Source: Heptranchias perlo
Lineage: Eukaryota
Direction: 5' to 3'
Length of the DNA: 64,000 nucleotides
NCBI RefSeq assembly: GCF_035084215.1
Contig: NC_090333.1
Coordinates: 61,628,001-61,692,000 of the forward strand
Below the pieces are notes generated by a model, which worked only from the letters and a program-made list of their open reading frames with translations, was not told the DNA's origin and did not search any database. This document shows positions 62,826 to 64,000 of the stretch, piece after piece. Both the position numbers and the translations under genes were made by a program. How positions within the stretch are numbered: the stretch's first letter is position 1; the number at the start of each line of letters is the position of its first letter.

Positions 62826-64000
62826 TATACTTGTCTTGTAGGAAAGACCGTATTTACCACCTCAAGTCTCCAAAATAAAAACCATACATCCTGTTTCAAA
62901 TTTGCCGATAACTAACTCATTTAGCCCTAATTAACTTTTTTTCTTAAGAAGATGTTTTTCCATGCATACTTTTCTCTCCTCCTTTCCCTCTTCTGAAGGC
63001 ACTGACTGACTCACTGATGCCCTCCAGGAGGGGTGTCCAAAATGCAGCCCTCGCCTCCTCCCACCCCCCTAATGTGGCCTCTAAACCCTTTGAATCTGGC
63101 CCTTGAAACCCGGAAAATTCAGTCTGATGTACACATATTACTTATTTTGCAGACCGCCCGAAGTTTGGAAAGGCCTGTTTTTAGCATGATTGCTTCACCG
63201 GTGAATAGATTCTCAATTGGAACACCAGGATTCATTGGTGTCAGCTAGTTGAGATATAAGCAATTTAAAGAGCACATGGAAATAAATGTTACATGTAACC
63301 CCGAGGGCTCCACAGTGTGCTGTGCCATCCATGAAAACAGAACTTGGCCCGCCCCCCCCCCCGCCCTCCCATACCTCACCCAAATAGTCATTATTCACCT
63401 ATGAGGCTTGAGACATCAGGCTATTCAAACACACTGAGTATTACAGCCCAACCTGGTCCTTTTCCCTCACCCAACATCCCTACCTACAGATTTAAAGCAG
63501 GGTTGATGGGCTAGAGGTCGCAAGCAGGAACTGCGGGTGATTTGACCCTCGGTAAGCCAGGGACACTGAGGCCAATTGTAATGCCCCTACTGTCACCTAA
63601 CTCAACACAGACTGAGAATTGGACCTGGAATCACCTTGCTCCGTACGGCTTAGTTACTCACTGGACAAAGTTGCTGAGCTCCCGTGCAAATGGGGAATGA
63701 TAAAATCATTCATTCCATCACATCTGAAGACTCAGGAACTCTTATGCCTTCATCTGTCAGCAGATGGTGCTGTACCTTTCTTAATACAAAATATTGTCCT
63801 GTCAGGAGGTTAGGAAGCTGTCAGTCATGTGCACAAAGCTCCCCTTGGTTGTTGAAATGATACCACTCTGGTGTGTTTACTGCACTCTGCCAGCAGGTGG
63901 CTCTCCTCTTACTGAAATGCAAGCCATCCTGTCAGGAGGCCACTGCCTTGTTCCCATGATGCTTCTTGTTTTGTTTATTTTATGTTTTCAGCAGTTTTGC

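Noticed and set aside
41582-64000. miR-181a/b hairpins, expected in the upstream intron of NR6A1
   Set aside because: I could not find aacattcaacgctgtcggtgag or aacattcattgctgtcggtggg on either strand by eye. They may lie outside the window.

Overview
Repeat-dense vertebrate intronic DNA, most likely from a cartilaginous fish (inferred from SacSINE1/DeuSINE-like SINEs and abundant CR1/L2 LINEs). The only host gene I can support is an NR6A (GCNF/NR6A1-like) nuclear receptor on the minus strand. Two of its exons are here: the zinc-finger DBD exon (41351-41581) and the 56-bp T-box exon (24508-24563). The DBD looks more diverged than expected for a canonical NR6A1. The introns hold a large PIF/Harbinger DNA-transposon population: three two-gene elements (DDE transposase convergent with a 3-exon Myb/SANT + coiled-coil gene), several remnants, and about eight MITE-like derivatives with heterogeneous 3-bp TSDs. 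Several of these carry internally expanded G-rich minisatellites, and one carries a perfect 21-bp heptad expansion inside its Myb gene. Two inverted copies of one Harbinger family bracket both NR6A exons. The rest is nested CR1, L2, SINE and Penelope-like sequence, including one near-full-length CR1 inserted into a SINE. All identifications are by eye; no searches were run.
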